Positions 25,391-38,776 of a stretch of 64,000 bases of DNA are shown here, one piece after another. The DNA is taken from contig NW_026863152.1 of NCBI RefSeq assembly GCF_026571515.1, forward strand, positions 186,001 to 250,000, read 5' to 3'. This DNA comes from Ruditapes philippinarum. Lineage: Eukaryota. The position numbers and the translations under genes are program-made. Positions within the stretch are counted from its first letter, which is position 1. Each line of letters opens with the position of its first letter. Under the pieces are notes generated by a model that saw only the letters and a list, made by a program, of their open reading frames with translations, was not told where the DNA came from and searched no databases.

Positions 25391-26983
25391 CTACGTTTCA
25401 ATAGGCACAGTTTCTAGCCTCATATCTTTTAATGGTCTTCCCTCTGGTATATCGGTATCCTCCAGCTCCGCGATGGATGTGTCGTGTTCCACAGTGAACA
25501 CAAGGTCGTTCTTGTATCGTCGGTACTGGTAATATCGTCGGCACGATATCATTATCCTCTTTCTATACTTGGTCACGAGAAAAACTGTCGTCATAAACAC
25601 AAAACAGATAACTGCAATTATAATGCCAGTTGCAAATCTAGATGCATGGTCGTCCTTGAAGGATTTACAGGTCAGGTTCACCGAGTGCAACGTAGTGACG
25701 TTTCGTCCAAAATGAACTTTCGGTGTAGAACAAACCAACTGGGCAAAACTGGTTTTAACAACCGTATTGTTTCCAAATATAGAACTGTTCAGCATCCATT
25801 CTACTTTGCAGTCACAATTTATTGGAATTCGTTTTAAACTCACTGTCTCCATTTTCGACCAATCAAAAAGGTTTTTCGGAATGTACGTTACTCCACTTCC
25901 TTTCAAAAAGAATGACGTCACTTTTGGAGTGGACATGAACGCCGTTTCATCAATCGTGCGTAGTTGTTTACAGTTATCTAGGTCTATTGACATGACATTT
26001 GGCATTCCGCGAAAAGCATCTGGACCCACAGAGGTTAACAGAGGCATATCTCTCAACAGAAGACGTTGAACATTTTGCAAACCGTCAAACATGCCCGCGG
26101 TAACTGTACGGAACCTTGTACCGGCCATGTTCAGGTGCACAATTTTAGATAAATGTTTCCAAGTGTCTTTTGTAGCGGACGAAATATGGGTAAAATCCAG
26201 TTCCACTCTTTGAAGAGAGCCGCTAATGTTAGGAAAGACCTTGATTTCACTAATTGGGTTGCTATCCAAATATATGTCTTCCAGTACAGGTAGATATCCA
26301 TTGGCTGCCTCAGATATTGATTTTATGTCATTGTCAGTTAAAAATAGAATTTTCAGTGATGTCAATGGCGTTAAAGGCTCCAGTGGGATTTCTTCTAAAT
26401 GATTACTAAACAAATTCAAGGTCTCCAACGAAGATACCCCTTTGAATGCCCCCTTTTCAATTGAATTTACCCTATTGTGTAATATATTAAGAGTCGTTAG
26501 TTTCGACATGTTGACGAAACTATTCGCTTTTAATGTAGTCAGGTGGTTTGAATTAAGAACAATCTTATCCATGTTTGGCAGATTAGCAAACACGCCCGCT
26601 TCAATCTCATTCACAACGTTACTCCTTATATTTACAACTTTAATTGTTTCTCTAACAGCGTCGAACGTCCCAGGAGCAACTGTACTCAGCTGTCCATCAG
26701 TTATATACAATTGTTCTAATTTAGTAAAGTTTTCGAAATCTCCCTCCTTCAATGCAGAGATGGAATGTTGTTTTACTGTAAGCGTATGTACTGACTGCTT
26801 GTTTGTAAAGTTAGGGATGCTTGACAAGTTTGTACATTGAACAATTCCTAAATCTGCTTTGTCACATTGACAACCTGCGTCACAAACGATAAAGTTATCA
26901 CTATCGTCTGCTACAGTGTGTGACGTCAACAATAACAACGTAAACACTAATAACTCCATTATGCCACCAGTCAACACATGCAT
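25391..26983 (-). CDS. Leucine-rich-repeat type I transmembrane protein (signal peptide, LRRNT, ~12 LRRs, LRRCT, TM, ~60-aa tail, no TIR); single coding exon, 530 aa
   Basis: MELLVFTLLLLTSHTVA signal peptide (start may be Met9); CDAGCQC..VQC cap; LxxLxLxxN repeats; PINCDC..W..C C-cap; TM GIIIAVICFVFMTTVFLV; 5'UTR acceptor TTTCAG at 27113-27118. Confidence 0.95.
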   Translation of the reverse strand: MHVLTGGIMELLVFTLLLLTSHTVADDSDNFIVCDAGCQCDKADLGIVQCTNLSSIPNFTNKQSVHTLTVKQHSISALKEGDFENFTKLEQLYITDGQLSTVAPGTFDAVRETIKVVNIRSNVVNEIEAGVFANLPNMDKIVLNSNHLTTLKANSFVNMSKLTTLNILHNRVNSIEKGAFKGVSSLETLNLFSNHLEEIPLEPLTPLTSLKILFLTDNDIKSISEAANGYLPVLEDIYLDSNPISEIKVFPNISGSLQRVELDFTHISSATKDTWKHLSKIVHLNMAGTRFRTVTAGMFDGLQNVQRLLLRDMPLLTSVGPDAFRGMPNVMSIDLDNCKQLRTIDETAFMSTPKVTSFFLKGSGVTYIPKNLFDWSKMETVSLKRIPINCDCKVEWMLNSSIFGNNTVVKTSFAQLVCSTPKVHFGRNVTTLHSVNLTCKSFKDDHASRFATGIIIAVICFVFMTTVFLVTKYRKRIMISCRRYYQYRRYKNDLVFTVEHDTSIAELEDTDIPEGRPLKDMRLETVPIET

Positions 26984-27414
26984 TTCGTTCCTTAATTACC
27001 CCAAGAAAGGATATTCCTCACAAGTATGAAGGTAGCGACGAAGTAATGTCTTCAGTTCACTTCTAACCAGTTTTATTTATTGATCGCCATCACCGAGTGT
27101 CAAATTGTAAAACTGAAATTGAAAATAAAATCATTTAATAAAAAAACCATAGTAAAAGAAATTCGAAACTGCTGCCATTTCTTATATGTCAAGTTAAGTG
27201 TGTGACATATTTAATGTAAATGTTGACTCCTATAATAGTGACAATATCGTCAATTACATTAAACAAATATTGTCAAATCAATTAAACAGTTAATCTATAT
27301 TTTTCTTGGATTCTTTTATTTATATATTTTTACATCTGTCAATTGTTAATGACCATGCAGATACCAATGTTAATGTTGTAGTAGGTGTTAGCGATAATGT
27401 GGATGATCATAAAT

Positions 27415-28228
27415 TCATAATGGTGGTGGTGGCCTATGTGATGATAATAATAATGAAGTGACGATGATGATGATGCTAATATCCATGATAATAATGATGG
27501 TGATGTTAATTATGATGATAATGATGATCATGATGATGGTAGTAATGGTGATAATGATAATGTTGGTGACGATGATAATGATGGGGGTGGTAGTAATGGT
27601 GATAATGATGATGGTGGTAATGGTGATAATGATGGCGTTGGTGACTATGATGATAATGGTGATGGTAGTAATGGTGATAATGATGGTGGTGGTAATGGTG
27701 ATAATGATGATGGTGGTAATGGTGATAATGATGATGGTGGTAATGGTGATAATGATGGTGGTGGTTATGGTGAAAATGATGATGGTAGTTAAATAGTGAT
27801 AATGATGATCATGATGGTAGTGATAATCATGATGCTGGTGATTATGATTACCGTGATGGTTGTGGTGACAATAATCATGATGGTGGTTGTAATTATTATC
27901 ATGATGGTGATGGTGGTGGTAAAGATGATGTTGGTGGTTATGATGATGATGATAGAAGGGGTGATTATGATTATCGTGATGATGGTGATGACAACAATTA
28001 TAATATTGGTTTTTATTATTATCATGATGGTGGTGGTGATAATGCTGGTGGTAATGACGATCATGCTGATGATGGTAATAATGATAATGATAGTGGTAAA
28101 TCATGTTGATGATGGTGATGGTAATGTTGTTGTTGTTGATGATGATGATGATTATGATGCTGATGATGTTGACGGTAATGATGATGATCATCATATCATG
28201 ATGGTGGTAGTTGTGATGATGGTGATGA
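27415..28228. repeat. Compound (GAT/GGT/AAT)n trinucleotide low-complexity tract
   Basis: Direct reading; produces spurious poly-H/M/I ORFs. Confidence 0.95.
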
Positions 28229-30579
28229 AAACAAAATTTCAGCAACCTGTCGCCCGACTACATATCGTAACTACTGATCTCAATGACAGATTGCCATTCA
28301 ACATCGGACTAATTAATCAAAAAGTGACTTGTCATGTATGCCCTTTATACACTGTACATTACCTGGTCATATAAATACTGACCGTGTATGTTTATATAAG
28401 GCATATAGATCGTGTAGATCGGATTTACATTGCCAAAATTTTTAGCCTACTGGAGGCAACAGGCACTACCAATGCGACCAGTGCAGACCAAGATCAGCCA
28501 GCACATCCGTGCCGTGTGACCATGGTAGGTCTATGCACTGTTCGCTTATTGAGTCAGTACATATTTTAAAAACTTTCGCTAAAATAAAAAAAGATGAATA
28601 GTTGGCAAGATTACAAAATGGACAAGTTCATGTAAGATATTAACCCTGGCAGAGGTTAGAATGTCAATAAATACACCGTACACTATCTTGGATAATGTCT
28701 ACACCTACATGAAATACTTATACTAAGTGATTTAGTACACTTTTCCTTTACAATATTACACGTTAATGTTTGTTTTATTTTAATCTGTTTCACTAACATT
28801 ATATTTATCCTGTTATCACGATGGTGTTAATATCATTTAGGTACCGACTCGGGTTGTGAGTTTCTTGTGAACATATATGCGAGATCCAAGTATATATGTG
28901 ACACTGTTAATATAATATAGCGATTTTATAAATCATATAATATTTAATCAAATAGAATCAGCTTCACCTTTGATATAAATAAGTCAAGAAAAACCAACAT
29001 AACCACAAAATTATACAAAAGTTTTAGTTACTTTTTTCTTTCTTTATGATGGAGAATTTCTGAAAATATTACCGGGGGGAGAATATATTTTGACGTTGGG
29101 AATGCTACTGGGGTCTTTTTCAGCTATTGTAGGAAAAAGGTCCCGGACAACTATTGGAGGGAAAATCGGCATTTTGGGAAATTTGAAAAGTTGACAATCA
29201 ACCTAGTATATTACTTTTAAGTTGTTTTTTTACTTGGTATGATGCCACTTTCTTTTAAGAAAGTCAAAACATTTCTATTTTTTCCTCAAAAATCGAAACA
29301 GCTTAATTTTTTGAACTGCAGTTGAATTTGTTTGTTTCTTTGAATTGGGAAAAAGAGGCTATTTTAGATTGTAGATGGGGCCATATTTCGCCCCCTGGTG
29401 ATACGGTGAAAATGATCTGGGTGTCCCATTTTGGTCCAAAAAGAGTGTTCTAAAACACCGGTATAAATATATATTCATTAATTAGAGGCTTATATGCAGG
29501 TTTTATGCTTAATAAAGTTGAATTTTCTATTGAATCATTTGTTAGCAGTATCCTTTTAGACTTTCACTATATATTCTATACCATATATACCAAAAAGTGT
29601 GTAAGATTATAATTCTAAAACAATGCCATTTTATCTCGTCCAATTTTAAGTATCATATTACAGAACGACTGTTGTCACCGATTTCAACTGTTTTTCCGTC
29701 ACCCTCTCTCCTAAACATATTCTACGGTGTGTGAAGGTGTGTTGCTTTAACTGTAATTGACTAAAGCCGATGACGTTTGTAAAAAGATATCTTATATTTG
29801 CCTTATTAGTCTCGTTGCTACAACAACAGTCATCATATTCAATATCGGATTCTGTACTGACTTCAGGTTGTGACTCAGGTAGTACAGTGTATATCACTTC
29901 TATACAGATAACAATAGCCGATCAATACAATGACTGGAAGTGATATTCTACTTGATCAATGCATAATAAATTGGGGAAAATGGTAAAACAGTCTTGTGTG
30001 TATGTTTTAAATATTTAATGACCAAACCGGGGAAAAACTTGGCGACAAGCATTTTCTGTGGTGTACGGTATATAATATCATCTTCATTGTACCATTATCG
30101 GCACATTCATATAGCAAATAATCTAGTAAATACATTTTGTACATGATACATTATGCAGCACCTCTGACCATTCACTATACATGTATAACTAGCAGACTCG
30201 TATTTGTCTTATTTTGAAATTTAAATTCCCATCCTTCTCCTCAATCAGTTACATGCGGCATTCCGACACCCAAAACTTTGCTCTGTCATACTTAAACACT
30301 TTTACCGAACACCTAAATTTTAGTCATGTTTCCATGAAAAATATAAACAGCTTATCGGAACATTAAAATTACCGACCCGGTTTCCTTAATAACAATACTT
30401 CCGCAATTTTTCCCCGGCCCTGCTTTCAAATTTACGCTACACTCGCCATTCTCTCATCAAAAGCCCGACTCTGCTCCTAATGTAACATCATTCCCGCATT
30501 CTCTCGACATATTAATTCCTTGTCCTGTCCCAATATAAAACAGCAGTCTAATTTTTTTCTCGACATCAAAATCATAGTC

Positions 30580-31860
30580 ATATAACCCTCGTAGTTTCTG
30601 ATTCCCTCTCCCTGCCATGTCCCCATAAAAACATAACCCTCGTAGTTTCTGATATCCCTCTCCCTGCCATGTCCCTATAAAAACATAACCCTCAGTTTCT
30701 GATATCCCTCAACCTGTCTTGTCCCTATAAAAACATAACCCTCACAGTTTCGGATATCCCTCTCCCTGTCTTGTCCCCATAAAAACATAACCCTCGTAGA
30801 TTCTGATATCCCTCTCCCTGCAATGTCCCCATAAAAACATAACCCTCAGCTTCTGATATCCCTCACCCTGACATGTCCCCATAAAAACATAACCCTCAAT
30901 TTCTGATATCCCTCTCCCTGTCTTGTCCACATAAAAAATAACCCTCACAGTTTCTGATATCCCTCTCCCTGTCTTGTCCACATAAAAAATAACCCTCGTA
31001 GTTTCAGATATCCCTTTCCCTGCAATGTCCCCATAAAAACATAACCCTCAGTTTCTGATATCCCTCTCCCTGTCTTGTCCCTATAAAAACATAACCCTCA
31101 CAGTTTCTGATATCCCTCTCCCTGTCTTGTCCCTATAAAAACATAACCCTCACAGTTTCTGATATCCCTCTCCATGTCTTGTCCCTATTATAGCATAAAC
31201 GTTTTAGTTTCTGATATCTAGCTCCTCACAATGTTCCCATAATAACTCAACTCTCGTAGTTTTTGATATCCCTCTCCCCGCCAAGTTCCCGTAATATTAT
31301 AACCTTTCTGGCAGTTTTCAATATCTAGCTCCGCACTTTGTCCCAATAATAACATGACCATCGCGGTGACTGCTATATTGTTCCCAAAATTGTCCCTATA
31401 ATAACATAACTCTCGTAGTTTCTGATATATAGCTCCCCAACACGTCCCATAAAACATAACCCTCGTAGTTTCTGATATATTGCTCCCCACTATATCCCAA
31501 TAATAACATAACCATCGCAGTTCCTGCTATATAGCTCCCCACCATGTCCCATAAAACATAACCCTCATAAATTCTGATATATTGTTCCCCACTATGTCCC
31601 CATAATAGCGTAGCGCTCACAGTTTCTGATTTTTAGCTCCCCGCTATATCCCATTTATCATAACCGTCGCAGTTTCTGATATATTGTTCCCCACTATGTC
31701 CCTATAATAACATAACTCTCGCAGTTTCTGATACCTAGGTTCCCCACTATATCCCATTATAACATAACCCTCGCAGTTTCTGATATATAATTTATACCCA
31801 CGAAACAAACTGCTCTCGCAGTTTCTGATATCTAATAACAACTTTCATGTCCCAATAATA
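30580..31860. repeat. ~49-52-bp tandem array (CCATAAAAACATAACCCTCGTAGTTTCTGATATCCCTCTCCCTG..)
   Basis: AGTTTCTGATAT anchor recurs at about 51-bp spacing; diverges to the right. Confidence 0.92.
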
Positions 31861-32213
31861 ACATATCGACATCTAGGCATAACTTCCCCATAATAACATG
31901 ATATATATCTAGATTAAGGTCTCCGTCCAGGTCCCTATAATCAGTTTACTACTTTGCAGTCATTCAGTTTTAGCGTTGGAGTTCCATCCTGACAAAATTG
32001 TTTTATACGTTTTAGAATTTTCATTGAAGATTTCTTTATTGGCAAGATCTTAAAGATTACAAATGTATATTTCGCATTTAGTTATTTACACTAGGTAATC
32101 GCATTAACTTTTCAGTCCAATACACATTTATGAATGCATATTTTATAAGCGAATACGTACAAACTCTAATGACCCTCTAGGTATTCCATAGTATATACAT
32201 TTAAGGTGTTTTC

Positions 32214-32573
32214 CATAGGAACTCGAGAACGGGACCGCAGATTGCGGCGTATATTTTCGATCTTGTAACGGTTTTTAAAAACGTTTCTGCTACATTTAAA
32301 TATCTTTTAGTACTATCCGAGTGTATGGACTCAAAAAATATATTATCAATTGAACCCAATCTGTCTCTTTTAAAACTGTACTTTTTTTCAATATACCGTA
32401 AATTTGACTGATTTTTAAATTAGCAGATTATATTTAATTGAGATTAGATAATTAAAGACCACCCGCTCGCATAATATGAAAAGATATTCAAGGGTCGGAC
32501 AAACAATATGTAAAGCCGGTACGGATTCGGATTTATGCGCCGCAATATGCGGTCCTGTTCCAGAGCTCCTATG
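32214..32573. mobile_element. 360-bp MITE with ~40-bp imperfect TIRs (CATAGGA...) and 8-bp TSD GTGTTTTC (P- or hAT-type)
   Basis: GTGTTTTC at 32206-32213 and 32574-32581; TIRs CATAGGAACTCGAGAACGGGACCGCAGATTGCGGCG vs CATAGGAGCTCTGGAACAGGACCGCATATTGCGGCG. Confidence 0.88.
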
Positions 32574-33077
32574 GTGTTTTCTACAAAATCATACAGTCTT
32601 CAGTCGCGTGATTAGTTTATATAAATTTTAATGACATTTCGTGCTTCTTTTACAACCGATAGCACACATTTTCACTTACAACTTAATGCAAATTGTGACT
32701 CATTTATGAAACTCGTTATCAGAGACAATCGCTACATACACAAAAAATAACGCCAAGTCACTGTCAGTGATTGAAAAAAACAACAACAAAAAAAACAAAC
32801 AAACAACAATTAAACATTCGAAAGGAAAAATAGAAATTGTGGTGGAAAAAAATCCCGACCTTCACGATGTTAATATGTACGCTACATTTTTACATCACTG
32901 CTGTATATGGTATAGATATTAACTTAACCCACACACCTGCATGGTCGATAACACTTAAACACCTGTATACAGGTAAATGCATTGTTAATGCACCTTAAAA
33001 CTCGTACATTTTATTAACTTCCGGAAAATCAAAATCCAAGTTTTCATTGAATTATAAACCAAATTTGCATATCTTAC

Positions 33078-33200
33078 CTTGAGTCACAACAATGATAAAT
33101 AAATCTTAGCTTATTTCACGAAAGCTGTTACCTTTTATTATCCGCCATTTTGTTTTACGGTTTATTGACGACATGGACCTGTTTAGGATTACCTCCCTTT
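33078..33200 (-). other. Putative non-coding first exon of the LRR gene
   Basis: Strong donor CAAG|GTAAGA at 33078/33077; YY1-like CAAAATGGCGG at ~33142-33153; nearest downstream gene on this strand has an unpaired 5'UTR acceptor. Confidence 0.4.
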
Positions 33201-33479
33201 ACAAAAGTCAATAAATAAATTGATTGATTTTAATACTGTATGTAGCGGTGTAATATACATGTATAACACGACGTCATTGTATTAAAAGTAAAGAAAAATG
33301 ATCAAGATTACAAAATTCTGTTTAATTCAATAAAATACACTGACATATATGGAGTAGTTGCTGCAAGTAAAAAAAAAACACATTTTATTTTAAATACGTT
33401 TGAAAAAAATGTAAAAGAAATGTAAGCTAAAACAATTATAAGATATGCAATGGCCTGACTTCATATGGAAATAGAATGT

Positions 33480-36400
33480 TTAGATTTTGAGCTTGTTTTT
33501 AACTTGACGTTCAAGGGAGCCCTCGTTGGTCTTCTGTGGTTGGCGCACGCGATAAAACCCGCCAATCTGTACATGTGAGTAGGTCATGTTGATCCAGGCA
33601 GAATGGGTTATCCTGTTCATAGTGAACCTGAAACAAATAGGAATCATGCCGATTAACTTTAAATAACCGATAAATTTAGAATGATCGTAAAATTTTAAAT
33701 CATCGATTAATTTAAAAATCGCCGATTAATTAGAAATATCCGATAGAGTTAAATCAAAACCACCGATAAATTTAATAAACACCGATATCTAAAAGTTTAG
33801 ATCACCGACAAGCTTGATATTTCCGATAAATTAAAATCAAAATCAGCGATAAACTTAAAATCTCCGATAAACTGATACTTTAGTTATTGAAAACATTTAT
33901 CATTAAACGACACATAAAGGAGCAAAGTCATACACACAATAAAGCGCACCACAATCATATCATCTAAATGTTTAAATTATCCCGAAAGACCAAATAATAA
34001 GATGTAAAATCAAAACACATTGAATAGTGTAGATATCGGTAATCAAAATACAAATGATAATGCACAAAAAAAATGGTTGCTGTTCAAAAAACATGACTTT
34101 AAAAATAGATAAGTACTTAACAAACCATGTTAAAAGTCATTTACACCTTGCATTACAATTACATTACATTACAAGGCACATTATGCCTCATTCTTTCCAA
34201 AAGTGCAAGCATGCGTTTTATAACGTTGAAATAATATGGTTTTAGAGCATGTTAGGTATTGTTACCTGAATAAAGTAGCGCTGAATGTGAAATTATTTTT
34301 CATAAAAGTAGTAAAATGTAAAGAAAATAGAATTTTGTCTGTCATACAAAATCCAAAATCACTATAACTGTACTAATTGCCAAAAAGAACCAGAAGAAAA
34401 ATGGTTCAGGTAATTGGCTATATGTAACATTTTGGAAACTGTAAAAGTACACCAAAATGAAAAGCTTTTGAAAAAATCAAAACTTTAAGCAATTCTGGGC
34501 CGCATAATAAGCCTTTAAGTATGTACTAGTAACTTTAAAAAGTAATACACTCTATACTAATACACCCTTAACTATTTACGTTGTTAAAATGTTTTTGTTT
34601 GTATAATTGCAGTATAAGTAACAAGGAAAACCAGGGAAGGTAAGTATGTCAAACTTCTGTGAACAGAATAGCAAGAGAGTTTACTTACGCCATATTCTGT
34701 GAAAAGAACATAAAGGAATTTAAGTTAGGTCAAGATCTGTAAAACAGAATGTCAGGTTAGTTAACTTAGGCCATATTCAGTGATCATAAAGTTAGAATAG
34801 GTTATTTAGGATATATATCTATTATGTGAACAGAACTTCGGGAGTTAAATTAGGTCATATATTGTGAACAATAATGTAAAGGGAGTTAACTAAAGTCATA
34901 TTCAATGAACATAAAGTTGGAATAGGTCATTTAGGTCACATTCTGTCATAATGACATAATGTCAGGGGAGTTAACTTAGGTCATACTCTGTGTTATCTTA
35001 GGTCATATTCTGTAAGCAGAACACAAAGAAAGTAATTTATGTCATATTTGTGAACAGGACCTCGTGAGAGGTATTAACTCAGGTCATATACTGTAAACAT
35101 AATGTCAGGGGAGTTAACTTAGGTCATATTCAATAAACATGCATGGTTAACATAGGCCATATTCAATGAACATAAATTAAGAATATGTCATTTTGGTAAT
35201 ATTCTGTGAACGGACCCAAGGGAGAGGTAACTTATATACAATGAACATAATATCAGTGGAGATAACTTAGGTCATATTCTATGTTCTTTTAGGTCATATT
35301 CTGGGAGAAGAATGCAGTAGAGATTACTTAGGTAACATTCTGTGAACAGAACACCTAGAAAGGTAAGTCGGACCATATTCTGTAAATAGACCGTCGAGGA
35401 GTTACCTTAGGTCATATTCTCTTCACAGTAGATCAGGATATGTAGTTTATGTCATATTCTGTGAACAAGACGTCAAGGGAGATGAATTGAGCCGAATTAT
35501 GTGAATAGAACGACACATGTGTCAATTTAGGAGTAGTGTGTCATATACCATGAACATAACGTCAGGAAAGGTAATTCAGCCAAATTATGGACAGAACGGT
35601 TAAGAGTTACCTTAGGTCATATTCCATGGTCATATTCTGTGAACAAAACGTCAAGGCCAAATTATGCGTGGGTAACTTGAGATGTATTTTGAGGATCATG
35701 TTAAAACTAAATATTTCCTCGTAATAAATGAAAAAAGTATAAAATAAAAGATCATACTAGTGAAAAATAAGAAAATGCAACGCGAAATAAATGGATAGAT
35801 CATTGACTAGGATTGTGATATTGTGGCGTGAGTAGTATTATTACTTTTCCGAGAAATGTTAAATCATGATTTAAAAGTTTTCAATCTGTGACGTAAATAG
35901 TGATCTAAATCCTTAATTACTTAATGAAAACTGATAGTAACTGTGACATATATTATTAAAAAACATGTGTACATGTGTATGTATATATAAAACATATAAT
36001 TGATCAAAGTGAAGTAAAGAAAAATATATTCTTTCTAAGCAAAGAAATATATATCTTTAACAAAACAGTCATGATAATAATGTACATTTGATAATGTCCA
36101 CCAACCTTTTTTGTTTAAACATAGTTTATTTCAAGCAAGTATACGCATTTACAAATAAAACTTTAGAACACATGAAATGCATGAAGAAAGATCAGAACCG
36201 AAAGCTGATGCTTATATAGGTCTTATCCTAGTATTTATTTGCTAAACATTGGCAGTGTGTATACGTATGTACATGGATATGTATGAAAGTATAACGAGTA
36301 AATTTGTAATTCTAAGAAACCAACCAACCTTGTCTCTGGTTTGTACGCAAGCATGCCCTTTGTTAGACCTTTTAACTCCTTGGTAAGTGCAATAAGTTTA

Positions 36401-38672
36401 GCGTCTGGAAAGCGAATCTCCTTGGATGCGTTTTCGATGATGTCACCACGAATTGTTCCCAGAGGGGTATGACCTGTGCAGACGGAATAGAGCAGGGCGC
36501 CAAGAGACCAAATATCCGCCTGCTTAGGGTTAAACGCTGATTTTTCCAAGATTTGTGGTGCTTGATAACCTTTAAAATAGTGTTTAAAGAAATAATATAC
36601 CTTAAAAATGAACGCTTCATGTCATGACAAAAACGTGCATTTTGAATTGGAAACTAGAACTATGGCACGACAAATAAGCATTACAAAATATTGATTGTAA
36701 TGAATTTCAGCGCACTTTAATTCAGTTGCTCCCATTTAATCAATGTGCGCTGTATCAACTTCACAATAATAAAAAACGAATTTCAAAAAAAAATAAGTTT
36801 TATTATGGTGTGATAAGAATTTACAGACACTGTTTGCAAGAGATGCTAAGAGAAACATAGTTAAAAAAATGGAATCCCTAAAGAACGCCCAAAACGACAT
36901 GAATTTAAATGTTGCAGTTAAGTCTGCTCTTGGAAGAGCAAAGATTTAAACTTACCGAGTGACCCGCAGTCATCCTCGCAGAGTGGATCGGAAGGCGAGA
37001 ATTTAACAGCGTGACCAAAGTCACAGAGCTTGGTTACGTTGTTCTGAGAGATGAGCACATTCTGGGGACATATATCACGGTGGGCATACCCTTGACTGTG
37101 AATATAGTCTACGGCTGAATGAATCTGCTTGAAATAACGTTGAGCAACTGTCTCCGGCAAGAATCTCGCTTCCTGCAATTATGCATTCATTTCATATTTG
37201 ATTATTTCTGTATGGTAATCAAATTCAATTCAATTCAATCTATTTATTGCATAAAGCATGTAACATATTTATATTGAACAATACATGAAATACAATGGAA
37301 ATGTATGGATTTTACTTATGCTTATACAATAATAATTGACAAAAAATTTCCTAAAATGTGAGTCCAGTAACAATATGCCATTGTTTTTAAAGTATTGCGG
37401 GAATAGTAACGGGTCCGTTAATTGTGTGCATGGAGGGAACTGGAGATAAAATTGTACCCTTACTGCTATAGTATTTGAAGAAAATAAACAATTTATTGAT
37501 CATTACATAAATTTATGATGAAAAAATAAGTAAAAGTATGCCATTTTATCCATATATATAGGTACTAAATTGTGCTAAAAACTAAGTTAAAATACATTTT
37601 TTTTCTCTAAAGGGGGGACATTCCCAAAGGTACGCGGAAAGAACTGTTTAAAGACTAGAATATGGTCCATTTCTAGCATAAAATACTGTCTAAACGTATA
37701 ACAATACTAGAATGTCTCAAAAGTAATGCATTTTGTACATTGTATAAATTTGTAAGCATTAAAGTCACCCGCCTCCAGATAGAAAAATGGAAATAAATTC
37801 AAGTAAAAGGAAAATACTGGTCTATAAAGTTAGTTTTAACATATAATTATTTTTTGTTAATACGAGTCGGTTTAAGATTTAAATCCTTTTAAAAATTTTG
37901 CCACAACATCTTGTCCTAAATAGAAACGTAATTGTCGTATGCCTTTGAAGTGAATATTAATGTATTAAAAATAATTTTGATATTTTCTGGTAAATACCTG
38001 AAGTTTTAGGAGCTGTTCTAAGTTTCCGTTTTCGCAGAACTCCATCACTGTCCCGACTCTTCCGTGATAGCTGATGTTACTGATCCAGGCAACAATGTTG
38101 GGATGATTGAGTTGGCGGTGAATTGTCATTTCATCCAACATGTCCGTCTTGGACGGAGACCTGTTCCGGCGAGGTTTGCCGCTGTTCAGCTTCAACGCTA
38201 CAGGCACCGTCTCGCACTCCTGGAAATGTTGCAGTTTGTGTAAATTCTGTGCCATAATCACGGTGCCAGATCGAGCTTTAGCCACGACTTGCAATGGTTT
38301 GTAGCCAAGGAGTTCGAGGTCAACTATGATACCGTCGTAGTACAAATTCCCGGTGCGGATTGGACGCTGTGGGTACTTGCTGAGAGGAACCGGATACCTG
38401 TGGGACCAGGCGTCTCCAAAGTCGCAAGAACTTTTATAAATATCGTAGCTTTGTGGCGGGGTAACATCCGTGTCGCTTCCTTCCCCCGCAACAAGTGCTA
38501 CATATTGATGAACGCTCGTATTCTGGAAGTCGCCGCTAGGGGAAGCTGTTGGCGCTCGAAGAAGAGTTTTAGAAGCTAACACGCCGCTAACTTGCGCTGA
38601 TTCTTGAGTATTGTCGTCGCCACTAACATGGTGATCCATTTTTCTCTTCTTTAATTCCGGTTCAATATTCAT
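33480..38672 (-). CDS. TSSK-like (CAMK group) Ser/Thr kinase-fold protein, 426 aa; exons 38672-37998, 37172-36956, 36569-36329, 33627-33480
   Basis: VALK, MEFCENGNL, HRDICPQN, KLCDFG, CGSLGYQAPQ, DIWSLG, PETR..W motifs; GT-AG introns with phases 0, 1, 2 join to 1281 nt; AATAAA on the minus strand at 33384-33389. Confidence 0.88.
34174..34518. mobile_element. TTAA-flanked (Kolobok-like) MITE family A, in kinase intron 3
   Basis: Termini AGGCACATTATGCC / CGCATAATAAGCCTTTAA; related ends at 19259-19366, 40362-40739 and ~59226. Confidence 0.65.
34690..35680. repeat. Degenerate ~40-bp tandem repeat (TTAGGTCATATTCTGTGAACA...) in kinase intron 3
   Basis: Recurrent AGGTCATATTC core. Confidence 0.85.
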
Positions 38673-38776
38673 TTTGTTCGAGCAATGGCCGAAGCATATC
38701 TTTTTTGTTTTAACTTACGTTTTTTTCACAGTCTCAGCAAACTTGTATGTTCATCGTCTTGACGACGTCCTAGCTA

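Noticed and set aside
25484-26840. Plus-strand ORFs over the LRR gene
   Set aside because: Antisense shadows of the real CDS.
27415-28374. Poly-His/Met/Ile ORFs on both strands
   Set aside because: Trinucleotide low-complexity tract, open in several frames.
29658-29897. 79-aa minus-strand ORF in the LRR upstream intron
   Set aside because: No homology or convincing splice context.
30742-31841. Minus-strand repeat ORFs
   Set aside because: Derived from the ~51-bp tandem array.
2233-31860. CRISPR-like regular repeats
   Set aside because: Units are head-to-tail with no unique spacers, there are no cas genes, and the DNA is eukaryotic.
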